DNA from: an uncultured cyanobacterium
Lineage (GTDB): Bacteria > Cyanobacteriota > Cyanobacteriia > Phormidesmidales > Phormidesmidaceae
DNA: 64,000 nt
Assembly: GCA_963793265.1 (NCBI GenBank)
Contig: CAWBZI010000001.1
Location: 1,536,001-1,600,000, forward strand
Direction: 5' to 3'
Below are positions 1 through 9,770 of this stretch, one piece after another; the first letter of the stretch is position 1, and every line of letters begins with the position of its first letter. The position numbers were made by a program, and so were the translations under genes. The notes beneath the pieces are model-generated. The model was given only the letters and a program-made list of their open reading frames with translations, ran no database searches and had not been told where the DNA came from.

Positions 1-1353
1 ACGCGCAGCGCTCAACGACTTGGCAGTACTCGCGCCTGATTGGTTACAACAGATAGCACCGGAAGACTGGTACGAGCGCTATGGACGGCGAATAGAAGAC
101 TACCGCCTGCCCGCTAAGAAGTCAGAGCGGGATGCCTATGCCCAGCAGACAGGCGAGGACGGTGAATACCTACTCAAGTGTCTAGCTGCCTCAGCAATAG
201 CCGCCGAAGGACAGGCGCTAGCAACGGTTCAAACACTCAACACCGTTTGGGACTATCACTACGAACGAGCTGACGGGGAGGACGGTGTGAGCCTGCGTTG
301 GAAAAGCCGTAAGGAAATAGGCGTCACCGCCCTCTGCATCGAGTCTCCTTACGATACAGAAGCCCGCTACCGTCGTCGATGCGGGACGACCTGGGTAGGC
401 TATATTGCCCACCTGAGCGAAACGTGCGATGACGATGGTAGCGCTCATCTGGTGACCCACGTTGCGACCACCGATGGGAGTGGCCACGAAGCGCAGTCTA
501 TCGAAGGGATTCACGATGCGCTCATTGCTAAACAACTACGGCCAGATGAGCACTATGTCGATGCAGCTTATGTCGATGCGCTATTGCTGGTGAAAGCCCA
601 AGAGCAGGGCATCGAAACCGTCGGCCCACCGCGTCCAAACCCCAGTTGGCAGACGCGAACCGAAGGGGCATACAACGTAGAGCAGTTCGAGATTGATTGG
701 AAAAACAAGCAAGTCACCTGCCCAGAAGGTAAAACCACTAGGCCGTGGAAGGAACACGTTCGAGCCTCAGGCGACCCCTACCTATTTGCTAGGTTTCGCA
801 AGCAGGACTGTCTTGAGTGTGAGGCCCGTCCGCTGTGCACTCACGCTGCCGCAGGCCGGACGCTGCATCTATTGCCACAAGCCGCTCATGAAGCGCTTGC
901 TCGTGCCAGAGCGATCCAGGGCACGGATAAAGGACAGAAGCGCTATCGACGTAGGGCGGGTATCGAGAGTGCTATAGCTCAAGGCGTCAAAGGCTTCGGG
1001 CTTCGGCACGCTCGGTACATCGGCTTAGCGAAGACGCATCTACAGAACATGGCTATCGGCGCTGCCATGAATATCGACCGTTTGTTCAACTGGTTTCAGG
1101 GCGTTCCTTTGGCCAAAACTAGAGTCTCTCACTTCAGAGCGCTGAAGTCTGCTTAGCCCTGCCAGTAGGGTCTTTCATAAAACAACAACAGTATAAACAA
1201 CAAATTATCGAGGGTAGCAAGCTATCCTTGAACAAATTCTCTTGCCTGAAATTATCTAATGGCTTGTTTCGGTTGCTGTTGCAGCGTTTCACGCCTACTA
1301 TCTATTGCCGAACCAGGCTCTGAAAAGGGTAGTAAGAGTTCGCCAACGGTGTC
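1..1353 (+). mobile_element. IS1182-family insertion sequence, left end outside the window
   Basis: Transposase ORF followed by GAGTTCGCCAACGGTGTC (1336-1353), which resembles IS1182-type right terminal inverted repeats. No HIP1 site seen inside. Confidence 0.7.
2..1156 (+). CDS. IS1182-family DDE transposase (5' partial)
   Basis: Frame is open from the window edge (RAALNDLAVLAPDWL). Motifs SPYDTEARY, WVGYIAHLSETCD, HYVDAAY, CPEGK...CLECEARPLC, YRRRAGIESAIAQG and RHARYIGLAKTHLQ. Confidence 0.9.
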   Translation, partial: RAALNDLAVLAPDWLQQIAPEDWYERYGRRIEDYRLPAKKSERDAYAQQTGEDGEYLLKCLAASAIAAEGQALATVQTLNTVWDYHYERADGEDGVSLRWKSRKEIGVTALCIESPYDTEARYRRRCGTTWVGYIAHLSETCDDDGSAHLVTHVATTDGSGHEAQSIEGIHDALIAKQLRPDEHYVDAAYVDALLLVKAQEQGIETVGPPRPNPSWQTRTEGAYNVEQFEIDWKNKQVTCPEGKTTRPWKEHVRASGDPYLFARFRKQDCLECEARPLCTHAAAGRTLHLLPQAAHEALARARAIQGTDKGQKRYRRRAGIESAIAQGVKGFGLRHARYIGLAKTHLQNMAIGAAMNIDRLFNWFQGVPLAKTRVSHFRALKSA

Positions 1354-1495
1354 CTGATACCTTTTGAGATCCCATATGCTTTTCAGTGTTTGTGAATGGC
1401 GACAGCGCCGAAGGTCACTCACACTTTAAAAAAACGCTGTGGCTTAGCCTGTCTCTCATAAGGCACAAGCCAGAGGGATTCTGCAGGAATAGATT

Positions 1496-1684
1496 CTATG
1501 CCATTTCCATCCAGTCAAAAATTCTTTCGAGCTGTTGCAGGGTCAACACGCCCTGCTGCCATAGCACCATTGGTAAAGGCCCGACATCTTCAGCGCACTT
1601 TTGCAGGGCTAGCTTGATAGAAGTGGGGGGAACCGATAGCTCGTCTTGTAAAAAGCGAATGAGTTTGGTGTAGTCGCTAGACAT
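1496..1684 (-). CDS. DUF2949 family protein
   Basis: LIRFLQDEL...LPMVLWQQG..TLQQLERIFDWME, a typical small cyanobacterial protein. Confidence 0.85.
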   Translation of the reverse strand: MSSDYTKLIRFLQDELSVPPTSIKLALQKCAEDVGPLPMVLWQQGVLTLQQLERIFDWMEMA

Positions 1685-2048
1685 GATGGTAGATGTGAAA
1701 AATATTGATGTTATAGGGCCGAAAGCGAAAACCGAAATAGCCTTTGCCGGGTTCTGTAGAATAAGGTCTAAAAGTTAGGCGCTTTTGGGTAAATACACAA
1801 TTGCGCAAACGCATAGAACCCTGTCTCTATCCAAGGCTACATCTGTAAAAAACTGTTTCCGTAGGCCGATAAGGTTGAATCTGGTGGATGAGTCCGTTAG
1901 ATTGCTCCTTAGTTAACCCATTCTTGAGAGGCTGAATTCTCAAGAAAATATGGAGCTTTGTTTTTGGTTCAGTGATTGTACGGTGTAACGGCAGATATCC
2001 TACTTTTCTTACATATTCGCTTAATAATTCTCAGCAATCAGGGCCAGA

Positions 2049-2651
2049 TTAGGGGTCAGAGAGGGCAGTGATATCGACGCGATCGCCCACCTCAAGCCCA
2101 ATCTCAGCCGCTCGCCCGCCGCGCAGCTCCAACACCTGATCGACAATTTGCTCAGGCGGCCCATACGTAGGACAAGGCTCACTAGCACAAGGAGCCGCTT
2201 CTGCCGCAATGTACACCACTTCTGTGTTCAGTAAAAACACCATATCCAAAGGCACTGGAACGTTCTTCATCCAGAAGTTAGTACGCCTTGGAGCCGGGAA
2301 AGGAAACAGCATCCCGCGATCGTCCGGCAGCTCGGAGCGAAACATAAGGCCGAGCGCTTGCTGCTGAGGGTCTTGGGCGACTTCTAGCTGAAACGTTTCA
2401 CCTTTTATTTCAGCCGTCGCTGTTACAGGTAATAGCTGACCGGGGCCGCTGAGCGTAATCAGATCTTCTTTCATTTCAGTGGGCATAGCCGCTTCTCCGC
2501 TAGGGTCGTCGGCGGGTGGCGGTGGCCCGCCAGGCGTAGAGCAGCCGATGAGTAGGGCGCTGAGCAAAAAGGGTAGGGCCGCAGCCAAGGAAAAGGAGCG
2601 TCGCTGGCCGTTCAACCCGTTAGTCATTAGAGGCATATCAAACACACTCAC
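2049..2651 (-). CDS. DUF192 family lipoprotein
   Basis: Lipobox LIGC, then LEVA...GLMFR...GMLF...FWMKN..PLDMVF and VLELRGG. The start may be the ATG at 2636. Confidence 0.85.
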   Translation of the reverse strand: MSVFDMPLMTNGLNGQRRSFSLAAALPFLLSALLIGCSTPGGPPPPADDPSGEAAMPTEMKEDLITLSGPGQLLPVTATAEIKGETFQLEVAQDPQQQALGLMFRSELPDDRGMLFPFPAPRRTNFWMKNVPVPLDMVFLLNTEVVYIAAEAAPCASEPCPTYGPPEQIVDQVLELRGGRAAEIGLEVGDRVDITALSDP

Positions 2652-2691
2652 CAGTAAAGAGATTCAGTAAGTCAACAATAATAGACACTTA

Positions 2692-3435
2692 TTAGCTTTC
2701 TCTGAGCACATAGCCCACGCTACGCACCGTCTGAATCAAGCGCTTTTCGTTCTCGCCATCTATCTTCAGCCGCAAGTAGCGAATATACACCTCAATCACA
2801 TTCGATTCACCAATAAAGTCATAGCCCCACACGCTCTCTAGAATCTGCTTGCGGGTAAGTACCTCACGCGGATGCTCCATCAAATACTTCAGCAGCTCAA
2901 ACTCCTTCATCGTCAGCTCAATCACCCGGTCATTCCGAATCACCTGACGCTGCGCTAAGTCAAGCACCATATCGGCAAACCGTAGCTGCTCGCCACTGGC
3001 CGCACTGGGCTGAAGATACGCGTTCACCAGCTTAATAAAGTCATCGCTGCGGTAAGGCGCTAAAAAGTAGTCATCTGCGCCCGATTCTAGGCAGGCAATG
3101 CGATCGCTCAGCTCATCACGCGCCATCATCAATAAAATCGGCACCCGGTTCTGCTCGCTGCGGAGCTGAAGGCACAGGTCAAAGCCCGAGGCATCTTCTA
3201 GGCGCTGAGCGGCCACGATCAAAGAAGGGGTGTGGTTTCGCGCGATCGCTAACCCCTCTGATAGAGAGTGAGCCGTCAACAGCGCATAGCCCGCCTCGTG
3301 CAGATCCACGCCAATTGCCGTAGCCACACTCTCGTTACTCTCAACGACCAGGACTCTGGGTAAGCCTTGAGATCGCAGGTCTTGAGGCGATCCATTTGGA
3401 GAAAGCCCTCCATTGGAAGCGGATGTCACACTCAT
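2692..3435 (-). CDS. nblR: OmpR-family response regulator NblR
   Basis: Receiver plus winged-helix domains (LTMKEFELL, SNVIEVYIRYLRLK). Atypical receiver pocket, and located downstream of NAD kinase as in other cyanobacteria. Confidence 0.75.
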   Translation of the reverse strand: MSVTSASNGGLSPNGSPQDLRSQGLPRVLVVESNESVATAIGVDLHEAGYALLTAHSLSEGLAIARNHTPSLIVAAQRLEDASGFDLCLQLRSEQNRVPILLMMARDELSDRIACLESGADDYFLAPYRSDDFIKLVNAYLQPSAASGEQLRFADMVLDLAQRQVIRNDRVIELTMKEFELLKYLMEHPREVLTRKQILESVWGYDFIGESNVIEVYIRYLRLKIDGENEKRLIQTVRSVGYVLRES

Positions 3436-3461
3436 AACTCAGCACTGAAGAACATTCCCGC

Positions 3462-4379
3462 TCAGGGTAGCTCTACCGAAGTCGGCTTGGCAATGTGCGG
3501 TAGCCCCCACCCCAGCTTTTCACGCAGCACCCGAAAAAACTCAGGCGACTTAAGGCGGACAAACTTGGCGGAATAGGCAGAACGCGTGAGGCAGACGCGA
3601 TCGCTTGGCACCACATAGCACCCGGCATTTCCGTCGACCACCATCACCAGCGACTCGGGGTTAGCTGAAGCAATGGTCACCGGCTCCGCGTCGGGGAACA
3701 CCAGCCCGCGAGAGGCCAGCGAGTGCGGACAAATCGGCATAAGCTGAAGCACCGGCACGCCTGGGGCAATCACCGGCCCACCGGCTGAGAGTGAATAGGC
3801 CGTAGAGCCCGTTGGCGTAGAAATAATAATGCCGTCAGCTGCAATATCTACAGGCGCATGGTTGCCCACCTGCACCTCAAAGTGGCACATGCTCGTAAGC
3901 GGCTGTCGCTGTAGCACCAGCTCATTCATACACAGCGCCTCCCAGCTCAGGCGATCGCGGCTATAAAGCTGCACCAGCACCATCGCCCGTTCTTCTAGCT
4001 GATACTCACCCGACACAAGCTGATCCATAGACTGATCGAGCTGGCTAAGGTAAATCTCGGTCAAAAAGCCCATGTGACCCGTATTCACTGCCAGCAGTGG
4101 AATGCCTTTAGGCGCAACCTGACGAAACGCAGAGAGCACTGTCCCATCGCCACCAAACACAATCGCAAACTCCATGTCTTGATCAAAGCCGGGCGGCACC
4201 AGGCTCTCGACAGGGGTGTGGCAAACTGGCTTGCCGGGTTGAGAGTAGCCCAAAATGCCGGTTGCGCCCGTGGCTAAGCACACCTCATAGCCCCGAGACT
4301 CGAACCGTTCTCGAAGCAGTTTCGCGGCATCTACCGCAACTGGCTTGATGTCGTTGTAAATGACGCCGACTTTAGGCAC
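3462..4379 (-). CDS. nadK: NAD(+) kinase
   Basis: [15 protein letters not shown] and [21 protein letters not shown] motifs. Confidence 0.95.
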   Translation of the reverse strand: MPKVGVIYNDIKPVAVDAAKLLRERFESRGYEVCLATGATGILGYSQPGKPVCHTPVESLVPPGFDQDMEFAIVFGGDGTVLSAFRQVAPKGIPLLAVNTGHMGFLTEIYLSQLDQSMDQLVSGEYQLEERAMVLVQLYSRDRLSWEALCMNELVLQRQPLTSMCHFEVQVGNHAPVDIAADGIIISTPTGSTAYSLSAGGPVIAPGVPVLQLMPICPHSLASRGLVFPDAEPVTIASANPESLVMVVDGNAGCYVVPSDRVCLTRSAYSAKFVRLKSPEFFRVLREKLGWGLPHIAKPTSVELP

Positions 4380-4694
4380 GGAAATTCTCTAGTTAAGTTT
4401 TCAGCAGTTGCGAGTCGTGAAAGGAACAGGCCAATACCCTATAGGCTACCGTCTTTGGCGATGTCTTGAATAGAGGCTTTAAGGGAGTGGATATTGAGAT
4501 GTTATTTTGTGACGAGTCACGAAGAGACATGTTTAAAGAACCATACTTCTTCACAAAGTTTTCAGATCTTCAGGGGCCGAAAAAGTCCTAAAAGCGTCTT
4601 AGCGGGGTAGTTGCCTGCCAGGCAGACCGCTATCGTGAGAAATAACGTTTGATTCTAATCAAGCGTCATTTCTATATAAGAGCAATCAGTTCGC

Positions 4695-4961
4695 GTGAGT
4701 TCTAAAGACCATCTACCCGCAACCACGGCCCACGTTCGCATCACCCATCAGTCCTGGCACAGTGGCCGGATTGAGGGTGATGTGAGTGCCAATGAATTTG
4801 AGTGGCATTTTCGCTGGCGGTTTCGTCAGGGCCAGCTCACGGTGGAGCCATCTTTAGGGCGAGCGCTAATTCAAGAGCCGCTAGGACGGTTTTTAGAGCA
4901 GTTCGACTATCAGCTAGAGCCTGGCGGCGACTATTCCTTTACAATTCGCGCCGAGCTGTAA
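4695..4961 (+). CDS. DUF3146 family protein
   Basis: LPATTAHVRI...PSLGRALIQEPLGRFLE..DYQLEPGGDY. Confidence 0.85.
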   Translation: MSSKDHLPATTAHVRITHQSWHSGRIEGDVSANEFEWHFRWRFRQGQLTVEPSLGRALIQEPLGRFLEQFDYQLEPGGDYSFTIRAEL

Positions 4962-4985
4962 GTCTGCCGAGCTGTAGGTCAACCC

Positions 4986-5453
4986 CTACTCACCAGATAG
5001 CCGCTTCAAGTACCGCTCTATGAGTAAAATCGCCACAATGTCATCAATGGGTCTAGGAATGCTGCGAAAGCTTTGCGGGATGATTTTGCCAAAGCCGGTT
5101 GGGGGATACATTTCCCAGTAGCGATCGCGCGCCTCCAAAGAACTATATCGCTCGTCTACTAGCGTAATTCTAGGCGCATTCGGCAGTCTTTTTAACTGCT
5201 GCTGCCAGTGCTTAGACCCGGTTTGATCGCCCATCACAATATTAGAGATGGGATAGGCTTCTCTAAGCGACTGAATCGCGTTCGGCACCTCGCGCACCGG
5301 GACAACTTGGTGGTAGTGTAGCGAGCGATCTAAACCCACCACGGCAATACCACACTTAGCATTACCAGGATCTATGCCGAGCAAAGCTGGCCCTAAAAGT
5401 TCTTTAGCAGGGCCCTGAGAGAATGGCTGTGGAATATCAGAAAAAGATGACAC
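4986..5453 (-). CDS. YqgF/RuvX-like RNase H-fold nuclease (pre-16S rRNA processing)
   Basis: LGIDPG..KCGIA, VDERYSSLEAR and DDIVAILLIERYL. Confidence 0.85.
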   Translation of the reverse strand: MSSFSDIPQPFSQGPAKELLGPALLGIDPGNAKCGIAVVGLDRSLHYHQVVPVREVPNAIQSLREAYPISNIVMGDQTGSKHWQQQLKRLPNAPRITLVDERYSSLEARDRYWEMYPPTGFGKIIPQSFRSIPRPIDDIVAILLIERYLKRLSGE

Positions 5454-5715
5454 AGAACCTAAGCTGACGAATATACCTTTACAGTAACGAGAATTGACAA
5501 AAAAAGAGGGACTTATTCTTTAGTCAGGGCAAAACAACTTTTAAGACTTTTTTGATAAAAGGGTGATCTTTAACCCATTCTTTGCTAAGAATACGACTTA
5601 TAGTTTTGGCCAAGCTATATTTCAACCACCTTCTCTGGCATCTCTCGAGCGTATTTTGGGTGCGCGTTCTGGCAGAGTCAGTAGGCCAGTGCTATGTTTT
5701 ATGAGTAGCCATTTT

Positions 5716-5729
5716 AGTACAACCGTACG
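5716..5729. promoter_or_regulatory. Possible cyanobacterial LexA-like box upstream of smc
   Basis: AGTAC-AACC-GTACG, close to the RGTAC-N4-GTWC consensus, about 22 nt before the smc start. Confidence 0.35.
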
Positions 5730-5751
5730 CACTGCCTAGTGCGTCGTCTGC

Positions 5752-8700
5752 GTGCACGTAAAAAGAGTCGAACTTTCTAATTTCAAATCATTTGGCGGGG
5801 CCACAGACGTTCCTCTTTTAGAGGGATTCACGGTAATTTCCGGCCCGAATGGTTCTGGCAAATCGAATATTCTCGATTCGCTACTTTTTTGCCTGGGCCT
5901 CGCCAGCTCTCGCGGAATGCGCGCCGAACGCCTGCCTGACTTGGTGAATCAAAATCAGGCCAAGCGCCGCTCCACGGTTGAAACGACTGTCACCGCGACC
6001 TTTGATATCAGCGATGTCACTGACATGCTGATTACCGAAGAAGAAGAGGAGCGTTCTGAAAGTGACGATTTTGAAGAATTTCAAGAAGCACCTGAGCCGG
6101 TAGCCGAGGACGAGCCAGCCAATATAGAGGCTGGTATAGAAGTAGAGGTTTTAGCGGCTCGTAATGGTCAAAATGGATCGGGCAATATCACTCAAAACGG
6201 CAACGGCATCGCTACGCCCGTACCGCCTGGATCACCCTCTCAAACAGCAGAAGTTCCGCACGAATGGAAAGTCACCAGGCGACTGCGGGTAACCGCTCAG
6301 GGCACCTATACCTCTAACTACTACATCAACGGCGAGCCCTGTACGCTCAATCAGCTTCACGAGCAATTGCAGCGCTTCCGCATTTATCCCGAAGGCTACA
6401 ACGTTGTGCTTCAGGGCGACGTTACCAGCATTATTTCAATGAACGCCCGCGAGCGGCGAGAGATTATTGACGAACTTGCAGGCGTCGCGTCGTTTGACCG
6501 CAAAATTAATCAGGCTAAAGGCAAGCTCGATGTGGTTAAAGACCGAGAGGAGCGCTTTCGGATTGTTGAGACTGAGCTGATAGCGCAGCTAGAGCGGCTG
6601 GATCAAGACCGGAAGAAGGCGGAGAAGTATAAGCAGATTAAGGCGACCCTTCAGGAGAAACAGACCTGGGAAGGGGTGATGCAGTGGCGATCGCAGACCA
6701 AACAGGCCGCAAATCTGGAAAGCCAGATTGCTAAGGGCCATACCGAAGGCGAAGCAATTGAGCAGAAGATAGTCGTGCTGACTGAGCAGATGGAGAAAAC
6801 CGCTGCCGAGCTGACGGTGCTCAATGCCAAGGTAAAGGCGCTGGGTGAGGAGGAGTATCTGGCGCTTCAGGCGAAGCTGGCAACTCAAGAAGCTGAGCTG
6901 CGGCAGCTTGTGCGGCAAGAAGAGACGCTAAAGGAATCTTCAAAGACGCTAACAACGCAGCTAGCAGACATTCAAGGCGGCATTCAGAATCAGGAAGGGG
7001 AGCTGGAAATGCTCAGCCGCCGGTTGAAGGCGCTGACGGAAGAGGAGCTAGCGCAGATTGTAGAAGGGCGGGATAAAGCGGCGGCTGATTTGGAGGCGAA
7101 GAGAGAAGAAACGAATGCGATCGCCGGACAGTCTCAAGCCTGGGTACAGCAGCAAACCGACCTGCGCAAACAGGTAGAAGCCCTGCTTAGCCAGCTAGAG
7201 CCCCAAAGATCCGAGCGCGTCCGGCTGCAAGAGCGCATCAACCAGCTCGAAGCCCAAACGACCAGTCAAAGAGAAGCCCTTGCCAAGCTTGAAACAGAAA
7301 TGACGCAGGCAGGCGGCGTCTCTGAGTCCAGTTCTGAAGAGTCAGGAATGGCACAGGCAGCAGACGCGGGCCAGGCCAACATTCAGACCCTCGCGCAGGC
7401 CGTTGCCGACATCGAAGCCGATCTGCAAACGCAAACGCAGACGCTTAACCGACTCTTGCAGGAGCAACGAGAGAAGCAGCGGGAGCTAGACAGGCTAGAG
7501 GCTCAGGAGCAGGCGATTAAGGAGTCTCAAGGCACACAGGCAACAGAAGCACTCAAGCGCAGCGGCCTAGACGGACTGTGTGGCATTGTGGCAGAGCTAG
7601 GCCGGGCCGACAAAAAGTTTCAGCTCGCCCTCGAAATTTCTGCGGGCGGACGGATGGGCTTTATGGTGGTTGAGGACGATCGCGTCGCCTCTAGAGGCAT
7701 TGACCTGCTCAAGCAAAAGCGAGCCGGACGCGCGACTTTTCTACCGCTTAATAAAATTCGCGTTCCTAACTTCAGGCCCGCCGATAAGTGGAACCGTCCT
7801 GATGGCTTTATCGACTACGCCGTCAACTTAATCGAGTGCGATGACAAGTACGCCGACGTGTTTGCCTTTGTCTTTGGCAGCACGGTTGTGTTCGACACGC
7901 TCTCAGCCGCCCGGCAGAACCTGGGTAAGTATCGGATGGTGACGCTAGAAGGTGAAATTCTAGAGTCTAGCGGTGCGATGACCGGGGGTAGCTTGAGCCG
8001 CCGGGGTCGGCTGCACTTTGGCACGGTGGCCGCAGGGGAGTCTCAAGAAGCAAAGGGGTTGCGCGATCGCCTCGAAGAAATCAACGCCATCCTCCGCCGC
8101 TGCGAGCAAAAGGTAAACCAGCTCACCATGAAGGCCAAGGAAAAATCCAAGGCTCTAATCGAAGCGCGCCAGAACTACCGAGAGAATGAGCTTAAGGCCA
8201 ACCAGGCCGCCAGCCAGCGTCAGGCGATTGAACAACGATTGAACCAGGCCAAAGAGCAGCTCGCTCGCGCCGATCAGGAACATGCGGACGCCAGAAAACG
8301 ATTGGAGGAGATTGAGCAGGCGTTACCGGAGCAGGAGCAGCTACTGGCGCAAAAGCGTCAGGAACTAGATGAGTTGGAGAAGTCGCAAACGCATAGCGAG
8401 TGGCAGCAGGCACAAGGTCTTGTTCGCGTGTTAGAAACGCAGCTCAACGAACAGCAGCAGAGGTTGCGCACTGCAGAGAAGCAGCAGCAGGACTTAGCCG
8501 CGCAGCAGCAGAGATTGCAGGAAAAGGTGCAGCGGGATACAGAGCAAATCGGTAGCTTACGGCGGCAGCAGCAGGCGCAGGTTGACCAAACCTCTGAGGT
8601 AGCCCAGCAGCAGCAGGCGTTGCAGGAGAGTATTGCGCAGAGTAAGGGTGCGATCGCTATCCTCGACGACCAGCTCAAGCAAGAAAAGAACGCCCGCGAC

Positions 8701-9531
8701 ACCGTAGAGCGCCAGTACAAAACCGAGCAAAATCAGCAGCAGCAAAACCAGTGGCAGCTCGAAAAGCTCAAAGAAACTCAAACCCTCCGCCAGCAGCAGC
8801 TCACCGCCCTCCGAGAATCCATTCAGCGCCAGGCAATTGAACTCCCCGACCCGCTGCCCGAAATCCCGGAAGATCTCACCCTCGAAGAACTCAACAAGTC
8901 ACTCAAATCGCTTCAGCGCAGGCTTGAAGCTTTAGAACCCGTCAACATGCTCGCCCTCGAAGAATACGAGAGAACACAGGAGCGCCTTGAAGAACTCACC
9001 GACAAGCTCACCACCCTCGAAGAAGAGCGCACCGAGCTACTGCTACGCATCGAAAACTTCACCACCCTCCGCAAAGAAGCCTTCAAAGAAGCCTTCGACG
9101 CCGTGAACGAAAACTTCCAAACCATCTTTGAAGAACTCTCCGACGGCGACGGCCATCTCCAACTAGACGACGCCAACGATCCCTTCGCTGGGGGCCTGAC
9201 GCTAGTTGCCCACCCCAAAGGCAAGCAGGTTCGCCGCCTGGCCTCCATGTCCGGTGGCGAAAAATCCCTCACCGCCCTCAGCTTCATCTTCGCCCTACAG
9301 CGCTACCGCCCCTCCCCCTTCTACGCCTTCGACGAAGTAGACATGTTCCTCGATGGTGCCAACGTAGAACGGCTCTCTAAAATGATTCAGCAGCAGGCGC
9401 GGCAGGCGCAGTTTATTGTCGTTAGCCTGCGCAGGCCGATGATTGAAGCGGCTGAGCGAACCATTGGTGTGACGCAAGCCCGTGGGGCTTATACCCAGGT
9501 GTTAGGGATCAACTTAGCCAAAGCGACCTAA
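5752..9531 (+). CDS. smc: Chromosome segregation protein SMC
   Basis: Walker A GPNGSGKSN, long coiled coils, hinge GRATFLPL, signature MSGGEKS and Walker B AFDEVD. Confidence 0.97.
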   Translation: MHVKRVELSNFKSFGGATDVPLLEGFTVISGPNGSGKSNILDSLLFCLGLASSRGMRAERLPDLVNQNQAKRRSTVETTVTATFDISDVTDMLITEEEEERSESDDFEEFQEAPEPVAEDEPANIEAGIEVEVLAARNGQNGSGNITQNGNGIATPVPPGSPSQTAEVPHEWKVTRRLRVTAQGTYTSNYYINGEPCTLNQLHEQLQRFRIYPEGYNVVLQGDVTSIISMNARERREIIDELAGVASFDRKINQAKGKLDVVKDREERFRIVETELIAQLERLDQDRKKAEKYKQIKATLQEKQTWEGVMQWRSQTKQAANLESQIAKGHTEGEAIEQKIVVLTEQMEKTAAELTVLNAKVKALGEEEYLALQAKLATQEAELRQLVRQEETLKESSKTLTTQLADIQGGIQNQEGELEMLSRRLKALTEEELAQIVEGRDKAAADLEAKREETNAIAGQSQAWVQQQTDLRKQVEALLSQLEPQRSERVRLQERINQLEAQTTSQREALAKLETEMTQAGGVSESSSEESGMAQAADAGQANIQTLAQAVADIEADLQTQTQTLNRLLQEQREKQRELDRLEAQEQAIKESQGTQATEALKRSGLDGLCGIVAELGRADKKFQLALEISAGGRMGFMVVEDDRVASRGIDLLKQKRAGRATFLPLNKIRVPNFRPADKWNRPDGFIDYAVNLIECDDKYADVFAFVFGSTVVFDTLSAARQNLGKYRMVTLEGEILESSGAMTGGSLSRRGRLHFGTVAAGESQEAKGLRDRLEEINAILRRCEQKVNQLTMKAKEKSKALIEARQNYRENELKANQAASQRQAIEQRLNQAKEQLARADQEHADARKRLEEIEQALPEQEQLLAQKRQELDELEKSQTHSEWQQAQGLVRVLETQLNEQQQRLRTAEKQQQDLAAQQQRLQEKVQRDTEQIGSLRRQQQAQVDQTSEVAQQQQALQESIAQSKGAIAILDDQLKQEKNARDTVERQYKTEQNQQQQNQWQLEKLKETQTLRQQQLTALRESIQRQAIELPDPLPEIPEDLTLEELNKSLKSLQRRLEALEPVNMLALEEYERTQERLEELTDKLTTLEEERTELLLRIENFTTLRKEAFKEAFDAVNENFQTIFEELSDGDGHLQLDDANDPFAGGLTLVAHPKGKQVRRLASMSGGEKSLTALSFIFALQRYRPSPFYAFDEVDMFLDGANVERLSKMIQQQARQAQFIVVSLRRPMIEAAERTIGVTQARGAYTQVLGINLAKAT

Positions 9532-9677
9532 AAAGCGGTGTCTTAGAGCGGTGTTCGGCATTCCCTCCTAATGAAGGAACCGGGAAAGGGATAAGAGTTC
9601 GGTACAATAGTCGTCTAATTAAGGTATAGTCCCTCAAGCTGCTGCTGAGTTCTGCGCGACCTTGCTCTGTGTGACCT

Positions 9678-9722
9678 TGCAAAGACAAAACGTGCAAAGA
9701 CAAAACGTGCGAAGACAAAACG
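9678..9722 (+). repeat. Three 15-bp tandem repeats TGC(A/G)AAGACAAAACG, followed by degenerate copies
   Basis: Read directly in the intergenic region between smc and the PRC-barrel gene. Confidence 0.9.
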
Positions 9723-9770
9723 CCTAGACAACACCTGCGACGACACCTTCCGAGGCAATTTTTAACAGCC

